The position numbers and the translations under genes are program-made. Shown here one piece after another: positions 1-8,642 of a stretch of 64,000 bases of DNA. The stretch lies in NCBI GenBank assembly GCA_964585065.1, contig CAZPCB010000002.1, forward strand, positions 166,967-230,966. Reading direction: 5' to 3'. Source of the stretch: an uncultured Candidatus Saccharibacteria bacterium (GTDB lineage: Bacteria > Patescibacteriota > Minisyncoccia > SW-4-49-11). Position 1 is the stretch's first letter. Each line of letters starts with the position of its first letter. The notes beneath the pieces were generated by a model. That model was not told the origin of the DNA and ran no database searches. It saw only the letters and a list, made by a program, of their open reading frames with translations.

Positions 1-44
1 TTCATATATGTTATAATTTAGATATATTAATAGTATAGCATGAT

Positions 45-635
45 ATGAAAATAATTTTGACGGGAGCACATGGTACGGGTAAAAGCACTTTATTGGAGCC
101 TTTAAGAGAATATTATCAGTTAAATACTCTCAAAAGAACAGTGAGGAATTTTTGGGAGGATAATGGTGTAGTTGATTTTGAAAAATTACCGAGTGATGTA
201 CGGGCTATATTCCAAAAGCATTTATTACTTAATCAATTAGATAAAGAAAATGATTTGTGGGAAGGGGGATTTATTACCGATAGATCAGTACTCGATTATC
301 TTGGGTATACGGTGGTATCAAGTACTATGTCTGATATTGATTTAGAGTTATATAAAGCTCTCATTCGAGAGAGATTATTGCAATATGATTATATTATTTA
401 TTGTCCGGTAGAATTCCCAGCAGAGGCAGAATATTTGAGGGCCGATCCCAAATCACAAATACAAGTTGCAGATGTATTAGAAGAACATTTAGCTTTATGG
501 TTAAAACCAGAACAATATTGTATTGCAAGAGGTAGTGTAGAAGAGAGGCTAGAGCAAATTAAGCAATTTATTGGGACTCCAAATATCTCTGTAAACTATA
601 TTTCCAATGAGGAATCGGAGAATTTACTATGGTAG
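45..635 (+). CDS. P-loop NTPase, AAA_28/NadR-like predicted nucleoside/nucleotide kinase
   Basis: N-terminal Walker A motif MKIILTGAHGTGKST. ATG start at 45. The 3' end overlaps convergent rfbD by about 68 nt. Confidence 0.5.
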   Translation: MKIILTGAHGTGKSTLLEPLREYYQLNTLKRTVRNFWEDNGVVDFEKLPSDVRAIFQKHLLLNQLDKENDLWEGGFITDRSVLDYLGYTVVSSTMSDIDLELYKALIRERLLQYDYIIYCPVEFPAEAEYLRADPKSQIQVADVLEEHLALWLKPEQYCIARGSVEERLEQIKQFIGTPNISVNYISNEESENLLW

Positions 636-1404
636 TAATGCGTCTTTTATCGAGTACAGAATAATAGGGTCTTTGAGCAGGAGTAGGATAATCTGTGGTT
701 GGAATTGGTATTATTTGGCATTTGATATTTTGTAGGTTTACAATTTCATAAGTAAAATCATACCAAGATGCCACACCTTGATTAGAATAATGTAAAATTT
801 GTTTTGTCCCAGATGGGAGTTTGGGTAATAATTCAAGAATAGCTTTAGCTAAATCAGGAGCATAAGTTGGGCTTCCAATTTGATCTGAAACTATATTGAG
901 TATATCTCGCTCTTGGGCAAGGCGGATGATTGACTTTACAAAATTATTGCCATAAGGAGAATATAGCCAAGAAGTTCGAATAATATATGCTGAATGCGCA
1001 AGTTCTATAATAGCCTTCTCACCCTCTAATTTGGATTTACCATATATGGAAAGGGGATTAGTAGTGTCATCTTCTGTATAGGGAATATGATTTGTCCCAT
1101 CGAATACATAATCAGTGGAAATATGTATAAGGGGAATTGTGAATTGCTGACTAATAAGGGCAAGATTATGAGCTCCCTCACTATTTACTTGATAGGCAAT
1201 TTCAATTTCTTGCTCGGCTTTATCTACTGCGGTATAGGCAGCCGCATTGATAATAGAATTAATAAAATTTTTCTCTACAAAATCTTGTAGAGCTGATATA
1301 TTAGTAATATCTAATTCACGACCTTTGAATATAGCTTGCTCGTCAGTGAGAATAGCTCTTAGACATTGTCCCAATTGCCCATTGGCTCCTGTTACCAATA
1401 TCAT
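568..1404 (-). CDS. rfbD: dTDP-4-dehydrorhamnose reductase
   Basis: Rossmann motif MILVTGANGQLG and HISTDYVFDG are typical of RmlD. The start is placed at the internal ATG at 1404-1402, which forms an ATGA overlap with the rfbC stop; the ORF track extends to 1437. Confidence 0.8.
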   Translation of the reverse strand: MILVTGANGQLGQCLRAILTDEQAIFKGRELDITNISALQDFVEKNFINSIINAAAYTAVDKAEQEIEIAYQVNSEGAHNLALISQQFTIPLIHISTDYVFDGTNHIPYTEDDTTNPLSIYGKSKLEGEKAIIELAHSAYIIRTSWLYSPYGNNFVKSIIRLAQERDILNIVSDQIGSPTYAPDLAKAILELLPKLPSGTKQILHYSNQGVASWYDFTYEIVNLQNIKCQIIPIPTTDYPTPAQRPYYSVLDKRRITTIVNSPIPHWKYSLQRYLESQ

Positions 1405-1949
1405 AGCTTTCCTAAATATTCTTCTAAACTCGGCCATTGCAAATCTCTATCGGCAACTATTTGTTTATTTTGTGGAATTTGCCAGTCGATATTAAGCGTG
1501 GAATCAGAAAAAATAATTCCTCCTTCAGCTTCTTTATTATAATTATTATCGCATTTATAGGCAAAAATTGCTGTCTCAGACAATACGGCAAATCCATGAG
1601 CAAAACCTCGAGGAATAAGTAATTGTCTAAAGTTTTTGTCAGATAATTCTACAGCTATATATTGCCCCCGAGTTGGGGAGTTGGGTCTTAAATCTACTGC
1701 TACATCGAGTACAATTCCCGATACAGCTCTTACTAATTTAGCTTGTGCTGATTCTCCTGTTTGAAAATGTAATCCCCGAATAGTGCCATATTGAGAGAAT
1801 GACTGATTATCTTGTACAAAGCTATAATTCAGATTTTTATCTGTAAACTTTATCTGACTATATGTTTCTACAAAATATCCTCGTGTATCTGTGAAAACCT
1901 GAGGTGCTATAATAAGTAAATCTGGAATTGAGGTTTTTATAATATTCAT
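1401..1949 (-). CDS. rfbC: dTDP-4-dehydrorhamnose 3,5-epimerase
   Basis: 182 aa with cupin-type RmlC sequence (PQVFTDTRGYFVETY, RGLHFQ). TGcTATACT promoter motif 8 nt upstream of the ATG. Confidence 0.85.
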   Translation of the reverse strand: MNIIKTSIPDLLIIAPQVFTDTRGYFVETYSQIKFTDKNLNYSFVQDNQSFSQYGTIRGLHFQTGESAQAKLVRAVSGIVLDVAVDLRPNSPTRGQYIAVELSDKNFRQLLIPRGFAHGFAVLSETAIFAYKCDNNYNKEAEGGIIFSDSTLNIDWQIPQNKQIVADRDLQWPSLEEYLGKL

Positions 1950-2010
1950 ACTATTAAGTATAGCATATCGTTATATAAAATGGTATAAATGCTAGTCAGG
2001 TTAAATGCTC

Positions 2011-2039
2011 TTGACAATTTTAATGGGAATAGTATAATA
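2011..2039 (+). promoter_or_regulatory. Consensus sigma70-type promoter (TTGACA-17nt-TATAAT) driving the downstream GC-rich RNA
   Basis: TTGACA at 2011-2016, 17-nt spacer, TATAAT at 2034-2039. Predicted TSS about 2046. Confidence 0.6.
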
Positions 2040-2045
2040 ATATAC

Positions 2046-2312
2046 GTTGTTCATCTAAGAGGTTTATGACCAGTTCTGCTTGGGATCTTATTACAACGCC
2101 CAAAGGAACATTTTCAGTACCCCGTAGGCATCGTACATGTGAGGTGAGTGGGGACTCATGTCTCTGTCCCTTAGGGGAATGCCGATTCCTCAACCCTCTT
2201 CCCCCACATCCGGTGAATGCAGTAGAGGACCTTTTCAAGGTTGGTCGCTAACCTAATCTCCATCAGATCAAAAAGAGAGTCGTCCACATAGGATTGACTC
2301 TTTTCATTTTAT
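2046..2312 (+). ncRNA. Unidentified GC-rich structured RNA (about 260 nt) with its own promoter and terminator
   Basis: GC-rich block in an AT-rich genome. Nested hairpins (GGGGAC..GUCCC, GGGGAAU-GCCG-AUUCCUC, long-range GUGGGGA/UCCCCCAC pairing). Ends in a stem-loop plus U-run at 2271-2312. No match seen by eye to tmRNA, RNase P, SRP, 6S or T-box signatures. Confidence 0.45.
2271..2312 (+). terminator. Intrinsic terminator hairpin (AAAGAGAGUC ... GACUCUUUUC + AUUUUAU)
   Basis: About 9-bp stem with 14-nt loop followed by a U-rich tract. Confidence 0.5.
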
Positions 2313-2483
2313 AGATAATAGAAAAAGCCCTCAATGCAGGGGCTTACATTTGCATGCTGCGTCTGAATCCCTTATTATAGACATCGGAAAATAATATATT
2401 TTTCCCTTGAAGTTAAGGTGGGTTTCAATTTTTCGCAGCCCCATTCTGAAGGCTTTATACCAGTATATAGTATTTTAGGTGAA

Positions 2484-2512
2484 TTGAAAAGGAAGTAATT
2501 TTATGCTATGAT
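2484..2512 (+). promoter_or_regulatory. Putative ileS promoter (TTGAAA-17-TATGAT)
   Basis: TTGAAA at 2484-2489 and TATGAT at 2507-2512, about 27 nt upstream of the ileS ATG. Confidence 0.4.
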
Positions 2513-2538
2513 AAATGCAATGATTAATCAATTTTGTT

Positions 2539-5424
2539 ATGTTTAATAAACCTCCCTTTAATGTTTCTTTTCCTGATTTGGAAAAAGATATACTTGAGTT
2601 TTGGAAAATTGAGAATATTCTACAAAAATCTATAGAGTCACGGCCCGCAGATAAGACCAAAACATTTTATGATGGGCCTATTACGGCAAATGGGGAGCCT
2701 CATTCAGGACATATGCTTACTTTTGCATTGAAGGATATTATGCCTCGTTATTGGACTATGAAAGGATATAGAGTTACTCGTAGTCTTGGTTGGGACTGTC
2801 AGGGTATTCCAGTTGAATATGAGATTGAAAAGAAACTTGGATTTCAACAAAAAAAGGATATAGAAGAATATGGAATAGCCAAATTTAATCAATTATGTCG
2901 TGAATCGGTATCTACTCATCGTGAGGGTATTATTGAATTAGAAGAAAAATTAGGAAGACTTACCAATTCGGATGAAGAATATGCTACTATGGATGCTGAT
3001 TATATTGAATCAGTATGGTGGAGTTTATCAGAATTATATCGCAAGGGGCTTTTGTATGAAGGATTCAAAGTAGTGCCATATTCTACTCGGGCAGGCACAA
3101 CACTTTCTAATGCTGAGGTGGCACTGGGAGGGTATAAAAAACAAATTGATCCTGCTGTTACGATTAAATTTGAGCTAATAGATAAAGCTAATACCTTTGT
3201 ACTTGCCTGGACTACTACTCCTTGGACTTTACCTACTAATTTTGCTTTAGCTGTAGGTAAGGATATTGATTATATTGAAGTTAGCATACTGAATACAGAA
3301 GAGCATTATATTGTGGCTCGGGATTTAGCCGAGAATATATTCGGGTTAGATTATACCGTAGTGGAAGAATATAAGGGTTCGGATTTGGTTGGAAAATCTT
3401 ATAAACCTTTATTTGATTTTTTTGAGGGAAAAGAATATTCTTTTGTCATTTATGATGGCGCCCATGTTACGACAGAATCTGGTACTGGTATTGTACATCT
3501 TGCTCCTTATGGTGCTGAGGACAATGAAATTTTCCAGCAAGTAGGAATTCTATCGGTAGATGTGATTAATGATCAAGGTGATTTTATTGATGAAATTAAG
3601 CCCTATGCAGGGATGTTTTATCGTAAAGCTAACAAATATATTATTGAGGATTTGAGAACAGCAAATAAGCTTTATAAAGTGGAGGATTATGAGCATGATT
3701 TGCCTATGTGTTGGCGTACGAACACTCCTTTGATTTATAAGCCTATTACTTCTTGGTATGTAGCAATGAGTACTTTGCGTGATAGATTAGCAGAGAATAA
3801 TAATGCTATTGGCTGGATTCCTGATCATATTAAAGAGGGGAGATTTGGTAATTGGTTGAGAGAAATCAAAGATTGGGGGATTTCTCGGACACGATATTGG
3901 GGTACTCCACTTCCAATATGGAAATCTGAATCAGGTAAGACGAAAATTATTGGTTCATTTACTGAATTAAAAGAATTATCTGGAGTTGAGTTGGATGACC
4001 CCCATAGACCTTTTGTAGATGATATATCATTTACGTTTGAGGGAGAGACATATAACAGAATTCCTGATGTATTAGATGTTTGGTATGATTCAGGGTCTAT
4101 GCCTTTTGCTCGATTTCATTATCCTTTTGAAAATAAAGAATTATTTGAGTCTAAATTCCCAGCAGAATATATCGCTGAAGGGGTGGATCAGACTAGAGGT
4201 TGGTTTTATTCTCTTCTTGCTCTCTCTACCGCATTATTTGATCAGCCAAGCTATCGCAATGTGATTGTAAATGGATTAGTTTTAGCTGATGATGGACAAA
4301 AATTATCTAAGAGTAAGAAAAATTATACTAATCCAATTGAGCTTATTGATCAATTTGGAGCTGATGCTGTGAGACTTAACTTTTTCTCTACTCCAATCTC
4401 AGCAGGAGAAGATACTATTATTTCAGGGAAGACAGTCAAACTTATGACTCAAGAATATATATTGCCTCTATGGAATATATATAGTTTTCTTGTTACCTAT
4501 GCTAATGTGAGTGATTGGACTCCTGCTTCTCAATCTGAAAAGCCCAAAAATCCTAAAAATGAATGGTTATATACGAGACTCAATTATACTATTCAAGAGG
4601 TGAATATGTCTCTAGATAATTATCGTATACCTCAGGCTACTCGTGAGATTAAAGCTTGTATGGATGATATGTCTAAATGGTATATTCGTACAGCTCGTAA
4701 TGATTTTGCAAGCGGAGATATTGAATTCCTACAAACTTTATATGATAATTTTGTAAGATTGTTGCATCTCCTGGCACCATTTGCTCCATTTATTACCGAA
4801 TATCTCTATCAGCAATTAGTGGTATCACAAAATTCTGAGGCTAGTCAGTCAATTCATTTAAGTCAATATCCAGAATATGATGGTAAAATCGATGAGTTAG
4901 TATTGAATCAAGTAGAACAGGTAAAAGTTATTCTGGAGCAAGGATTTAAGCTTCGAGAAGTATCGAGTATCAAGGTAAGGCAGCCGTTACAATCACTCGG
5001 AGTAGAGGGATTAGAACTTACTGATTGGATGCAAGATATTATCAAGACAGAAATTAATGTAAAACAGGTATTAACTCATAAAGTTTCAGATAATAGTATT
5101 GAACATTTAGGATATATATTAAGCCTTGATGATATTATTACAGATGAACTTCGTGAGGAGGGATTAGTGCGAGAATTAATTCGTAATCTTCAAATTACTC
5201 GTAAAAATGCTCGCCTTTCTAAGGAGCAGAATATTAAACTTGCTGTAGATGCTTCAGATATAATTGTAAATCTTATCAAGTCTCATCAAGCAATTATTAG
5301 TGAGCCTGTAGGTGTGGTGGAATGGGAATTTACATCTCTTACTGAACCAGAAAATACGCAAAAAGTAAAAGTAGAACAAGAGGAATTTTTGATTTATATC
5401 ACAGTACTTGAGGAGACAAAATAG
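2539..5424 (+). CDS. ileS: Isoleucine--tRNA ligase
   Basis: 961 aa class I aaRS with HIGH-like motif (PHSGHML), KMSKS motif (KLSKSKKN) and editing-domain length. Confidence 0.95.
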   Translation: MFNKPPFNVSFPDLEKDILEFWKIENILQKSIESRPADKTKTFYDGPITANGEPHSGHMLTFALKDIMPRYWTMKGYRVTRSLGWDCQGIPVEYEIEKKLGFQQKKDIEEYGIAKFNQLCRESVSTHREGIIELEEKLGRLTNSDEEYATMDADYIESVWWSLSELYRKGLLYEGFKVVPYSTRAGTTLSNAEVALGGYKKQIDPAVTIKFELIDKANTFVLAWTTTPWTLPTNFALAVGKDIDYIEVSILNTEEHYIVARDLAENIFGLDYTVVEEYKGSDLVGKSYKPLFDFFEGKEYSFVIYDGAHVTTESGTGIVHLAPYGAEDNEIFQQVGILSVDVINDQGDFIDEIKPYAGMFYRKANKYIIEDLRTANKLYKVEDYEHDLPMCWRTNTPLIYKPITSWYVAMSTLRDRLAENNNAIGWIPDHIKEGRFGNWLREIKDWGISRTRYWGTPLPIWKSESGKTKIIGSFTELKELSGVELDDPHRPFVDDISFTFEGETYNRIPDVLDVWYDSGSMPFARFHYPFENKELFESKFPAEYIAEGVDQTRGWFYSLLALSTALFDQPSYRNVIVNGLVLADDGQKLSKSKKNYTNPIELIDQFGADAVRLNFFSTPISAGEDTIISGKTVKLMTQEYILPLWNIYSFLVTYANVSDWTPASQSEKPKNPKNEWLYTRLNYTIQEVNMSLDNYRIPQATREIKACMDDMSKWYIRTARNDFASGDIEFLQTLYDNFVRLLHLLAPFAPFITEYLYQQLVVSQNSEASQSIHLSQYPEYDGKIDELVLNQVEQVKVILEQGFKLREVSSIKVRQPLQSLGVEGLELTDWMQDIIKTEINVKQVLTHKVSDNSIEHLGYILSLDDIITDELREEGLVRELIRNLQITRKNARLSKEQNIKLAVDASDIIVNLIKSHQAIISEPVGVVEWEFTSLTEPENTQKVKVEQEEFLIYITVLEETK

Positions 5425-5427
5425 TCT

Positions 5428-6231
5428 ATGAAAATAATCAAAGAACAAGAATTCATACAGCTTGTTTGGGATTATTATTATCAGCATAAGAGACCCATGC
5501 CTTGGAGGGATAATACCAATCCCTATTGGGTTATTGTCTCTGAGATTATGCTACAGCAAACTCAAGTAGCGAGAGTTCTTGAGAAATTCCCTATATTCAT
5601 AAAGCAATTCCCAAGTTTTGAAGTTTTGGCAGAATCTAGTCTTTTGGAAGTATTGCAGGCTTGGCAGGGATTGGGTTATAATCGGCGAGGTAAATATCTT
5701 TGGCAAATTTCCCAAAAGATAATGCAGGAATATGATGGGGTTCTACCAGATAATCCTGATATATTAATTCATTTTCCTGGTATTGGTAAGGCTACAGCTG
5801 CTTCAATTATAGCCTTTGCTTATAATAAGCCCACCATATTTATTGAGACAAATATTAGGCGAGTTTATATTCATCATTTTTTCTCTGAAGCAGAGAATAT
5901 TCCGGATAATGATCTAATTCCTCTTATTGAGAAGACAGTATCTAAGGATAATCCAAGAGAATGGTATTATGCTTTGATGGATTATGGAACTTATCTGAAA
6001 ACTCAAATTAGTAATCCTAATCGTAAAAGTAAACATTATACTCGCCAAAGTGTATTTGAAGGTTCTAATAGACAAATACGTTCACAAATTATCAAACTAT
6101 TATTACAAGGACCAAAAACTTTGTCTGAGATACAAGATATGATTTCAGATAGTAGGGTTCAAGATAATATAGAATCTTTAGTAAAAGAAGAATTAATAAA
6201 AAAGGAGAAAAATCAGTATATAATTCGTTAA
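5428..6231 (+). CDS. HhH-GPD base-excision DNA glycosylase (MutY/endonuclease III-like)
   Basis: PWR..NPYWVIVSEIMLQQTQV motif and helix-hairpin-helix region. No C-terminal 4-Cys Fe-S cluster motif visible. Confidence 0.7.
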   Translation: MKIIKEQEFIQLVWDYYYQHKRPMPWRDNTNPYWVIVSEIMLQQTQVARVLEKFPIFIKQFPSFEVLAESSLLEVLQAWQGLGYNRRGKYLWQISQKIMQEYDGVLPDNPDILIHFPGIGKATAASIIAFAYNKPTIFIETNIRRVYIHHFFSEAENIPDNDLIPLIEKTVSKDNPREWYYALMDYGTYLKTQISNPNRKSKHYTRQSVFEGSNRQIRSQIIKLLLQGPKTLSEIQDMISDSRVQDNIESLVKEELIKKEKNQYIIR

Positions 6232-6279
6232 ATAGTAACATTTATGCTATACTATATGTAATATAATGTAGTATAATAT

Positions 6280-7548
6280 ATGCCACAAAACCCTAAAAAA
6301 ATTCTAATTCTTTCTTGGGAAATATTGCCTTTGATGGAAGGTGGATTGGGGGTATTGGTGCGAAGCTTAGTGGATGAATTACGCCACCAAGGAGCAGAGG
6401 TCACTATTTTAACACCTCATAATACTGATGATATTGAGGATGTTATTTCACTTGAATTGGGAGTGAAGAAATATAGTAAATCAGATACGTCTATTCCTGG
6501 ACTGAAGGATTTTGTATTAAAAGAATTTGTTCCAAAAGGGAAAAAGAAATATGTAAAATGGCCACAATTATATAGTGAGTCAGTAGTAAAAAGAGCTACT
6601 CTGTACCCTAATCATACTCCTATTTCAACCAGAGCTTATGCCTATGCAGTGTATGATTGGCTACAAGAAAATGGCCAAGATTTTGATGTAATATATGGTA
6701 TGGATTGGATGGCTATACCAGCACATTTGCTTTTAGTTCATCATAATATTACTATCCCATTTTATTATCATATTAATTCTACTGAAGTTGATCGCTCAGG
6801 TGGACATATACATAATAATGATCATACAGCAAGAACTTTATATGAACTTGAGAAAAAGGGATTTTATTTGGCAGAAAAAATTGCAGTAGTATCAGATATA
6901 TCTAAACAAATATTAATTGAGGATTATAATATTCCTGAGGAGAGAATTTATCCTATATATAATGATATTAGTTTTGAGCCTGAGAAAATTGGATTTGAGC
7001 ATTTGGATCGCGGTAAAAATGTGTTATTTATGGGGCGTGTTGTGGCACAGAAAGGATTATTCTTTTTGATTGAAACAGCAGTACGGGTTCTTCAAATTGA
7101 TTCTCAAGTTACATTTATTATTGCGGGGGATGGTTCTATAGAAGGGAATCTTTTACCAGAAATTGTAGAGCATGTAGCAAAACGTAAATTAGAGCGAAAT
7201 ATTGTATTTACGGGTTGGGTTAATAGTGAATCCAAAAAACAATTATATAAAACTAGCCAATTATTTGTTATGCCATCTCCTAATGAGCCATTTGGACTTA
7301 CCGCCTTGGAGGCAATTCGCTCAGGAGTACCTACTATTGCTTCAGAGACAAGTGGATTTATTAGTGTAGTGCCCTCAACCCCAACTTTTGCCTATTATGA
7401 TATTGAAGCCTTTGCTAATACCATACTTCATTTTATTCAAAATAAAGATGCTCGAATTGATTTATTAAAAAGGCAACAAGAAGATTTATCTCATCATAGT
7501 TGGCCACAAGAAGTGAAAAAATTATTGAGTTTAATAGAGGCGGTATGA
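6280..7548 (+). CDS. GT4/GT5 glycosyltransferase, alpha-glucan (glycogen/starch) synthase-like
   Basis: N-terminus KILILSWEILPLMEGGLGVLV resembles the GlgA KTGGL region. C-terminal EPFGLTALEA retaining-GT motif. Confidence 0.6.
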   Translation: MPQNPKKILILSWEILPLMEGGLGVLVRSLVDELRHQGAEVTILTPHNTDDIEDVISLELGVKKYSKSDTSIPGLKDFVLKEFVPKGKKKYVKWPQLYSESVVKRATLYPNHTPISTRAYAYAVYDWLQENGQDFDVIYGMDWMAIPAHLLLVHHNITIPFYYHINSTEVDRSGGHIHNNDHTARTLYELEKKGFYLAEKIAVVSDISKQILIEDYNIPEERIYPIYNDISFEPEKIGFEHLDRGKNVLFMGRVVAQKGLFFLIETAVRVLQIDSQVTFIIAGDGSIEGNLLPEIVEHVAKRKLERNIVFTGWVNSESKKQLYKTSQLFVMPSPNEPFGLTALEAIRSGVPTIASETSGFISVVPSTPTFAYYDIEAFANTILHFIQNKDARIDLLKRQQEDLSHHSWPQEVKKLLSLIEAV

Positions 7549-8636
7549 CAAAAGATATAAAGATACCAGTTTCGCTCAAAGAGGAATATCCCGTAGTGAT
7601 TTCTTTGTCTTTAATTTTTTCTTATACTTCTAAATCTTTAGTGGATATTTTGAAAAACCCAAAACTTCCTTTTGTGGATAAAAAACAAAGTGATACTATT
7701 TGGGAAAAAGAATTCAATACCATATATATTCCCTTATTTGAATTTCTGTATAAGCAAAATATTAAAGCTGCAGTAATTATTACAGGACATTTTCTTGATA
7801 TTGCTGCTCGTAAATATCCAGCATTCTTAGATATTTTACAAAAAATGATTCAAAAAGATTTACTATATATTATTCCAGATGCCTATTGGGGAAGTAGTCA
7901 TCTTAGTATGTATTATTTTGATTGGTGGAAAGATGAAATTGCAGGAACTATAGAGCGAATAAAAGAGTATTTAAACATTATACCAACTTCCGTATATGTG
8001 CCTTTACTGTATCGACAATTACCATTAGAAAAATTATTAACAAGTTTTGGAATAGTAGATTTTGTGACCATAGTAGATGAACGTAAAGGAGGGATTTTGA
8101 CTATGCCATTAAAATCATTTCGGCGTTTTCGAGGGGGGAGAGTAACTTGGATAAAAGAGGTGGAGAAAACAGATATTAATATTCATTGGTATCCTTATAC
8201 CCATTATTTTGATTTGATGAATGTAAAAAATCATCAAACAATAGAATTGATGACAAAATCAATAGGACTTGAAATAGCACTTGCCTCAACCAAAGCTCAA
8301 ATTGTGAAAAGTAAACCAAAAAAGAAGTCCTCTCTTCGTATACAAGAAGAGCGTAATTGGTCACGATATAGTAATCTTCAAAAAGGAGTATTTAGGCTAT
8401 GGGAATATGCTACCTATATGCTCGGAAAAGAACATGCAGAAATTGATACCATTGATGATGATCCCTTAATGCGAAATTTGTTTTATAGTATGAATAGAGA
8501 TTTCTTTTATTATCTTGGATATGATAATTATACCAAAAAACAACAAATTCCTTTTACTTCACCCTATGAATCATTTATTCATATTCAGAATACCAATATA
8601 CAATTAGAAATTTTATTTAATCAGAGAGAAACATAG
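7545..8636 (+). CDS. Hypothetical protein between glucan synthase-like GT and phosphorylase (possible glucan-processing enzyme)
   Basis: ATG at 7545 overlaps the upstream stop (ATGA). No confident family assignment; the call rests on context only. Confidence 0.3.
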   Translation: MTKDIKIPVSLKEEYPVVISLSLIFSYTSKSLVDILKNPKLPFVDKKQSDTIWEKEFNTIYIPLFEFLYKQNIKAAVIITGHFLDIAARKYPAFLDILQKMIQKDLLYIIPDAYWGSSHLSMYYFDWWKDEIAGTIERIKEYLNIIPTSVYVPLLYRQLPLEKLLTSFGIVDFVTIVDERKGGILTMPLKSFRRFRGGRVTWIKEVEKTDINIHWYPYTHYFDLMNVKNHQTIELMTKSIGLEIALASTKAQIVKSKPKKKSSLRIQEERNWSRYSNLQKGVFRLWEYATYMLGKEHAEIDTIDDDPLMRNLFYSMNRDFFYYLGYDNYTKKQQIPFTSPYESFIHIQNTNIQLEILFNQRET

Positions 8637-8642
8637 TATATA

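Noticed and set aside
568-635. 68-nt convergent overlap between the P-loop kinase-like ORF and rfbD
   Set aside because: It could be real, since convergent overlaps occur in compact genomes, or the kinase ORF may end at an earlier functional boundary. It cannot be resolved from sequence alone, so both are kept as called.
2066-2251. 61-aa ORF (MTSSAWDLITTPKGTFSVPRRHRTCEVSGDSCLCPLGECRF...) as a protein-coding gene
   Set aside because: It lies entirely inside the GC-rich hairpin-dense block between a consensus promoter and a terminator. Its Pro/Arg/Cys/Gly-rich composition is unlike the Lys/Ile/Asn-rich real proteins here. It is more consistent with a structured RNA read in frame.
1960-2538. 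T-box riboswitch leader for ileS
   Set aside because: The architecture (promoter, structured leader, terminator, aaRS gene) is suggestive. However, there is no recognisable T-box antiterminator sequence (AGGGUGGNACCGCG), the putative specifier context is not AUC-purine, the terminator is 230 nt from the ileS start, and ileS has its own plausible promoter at 2484-2512.
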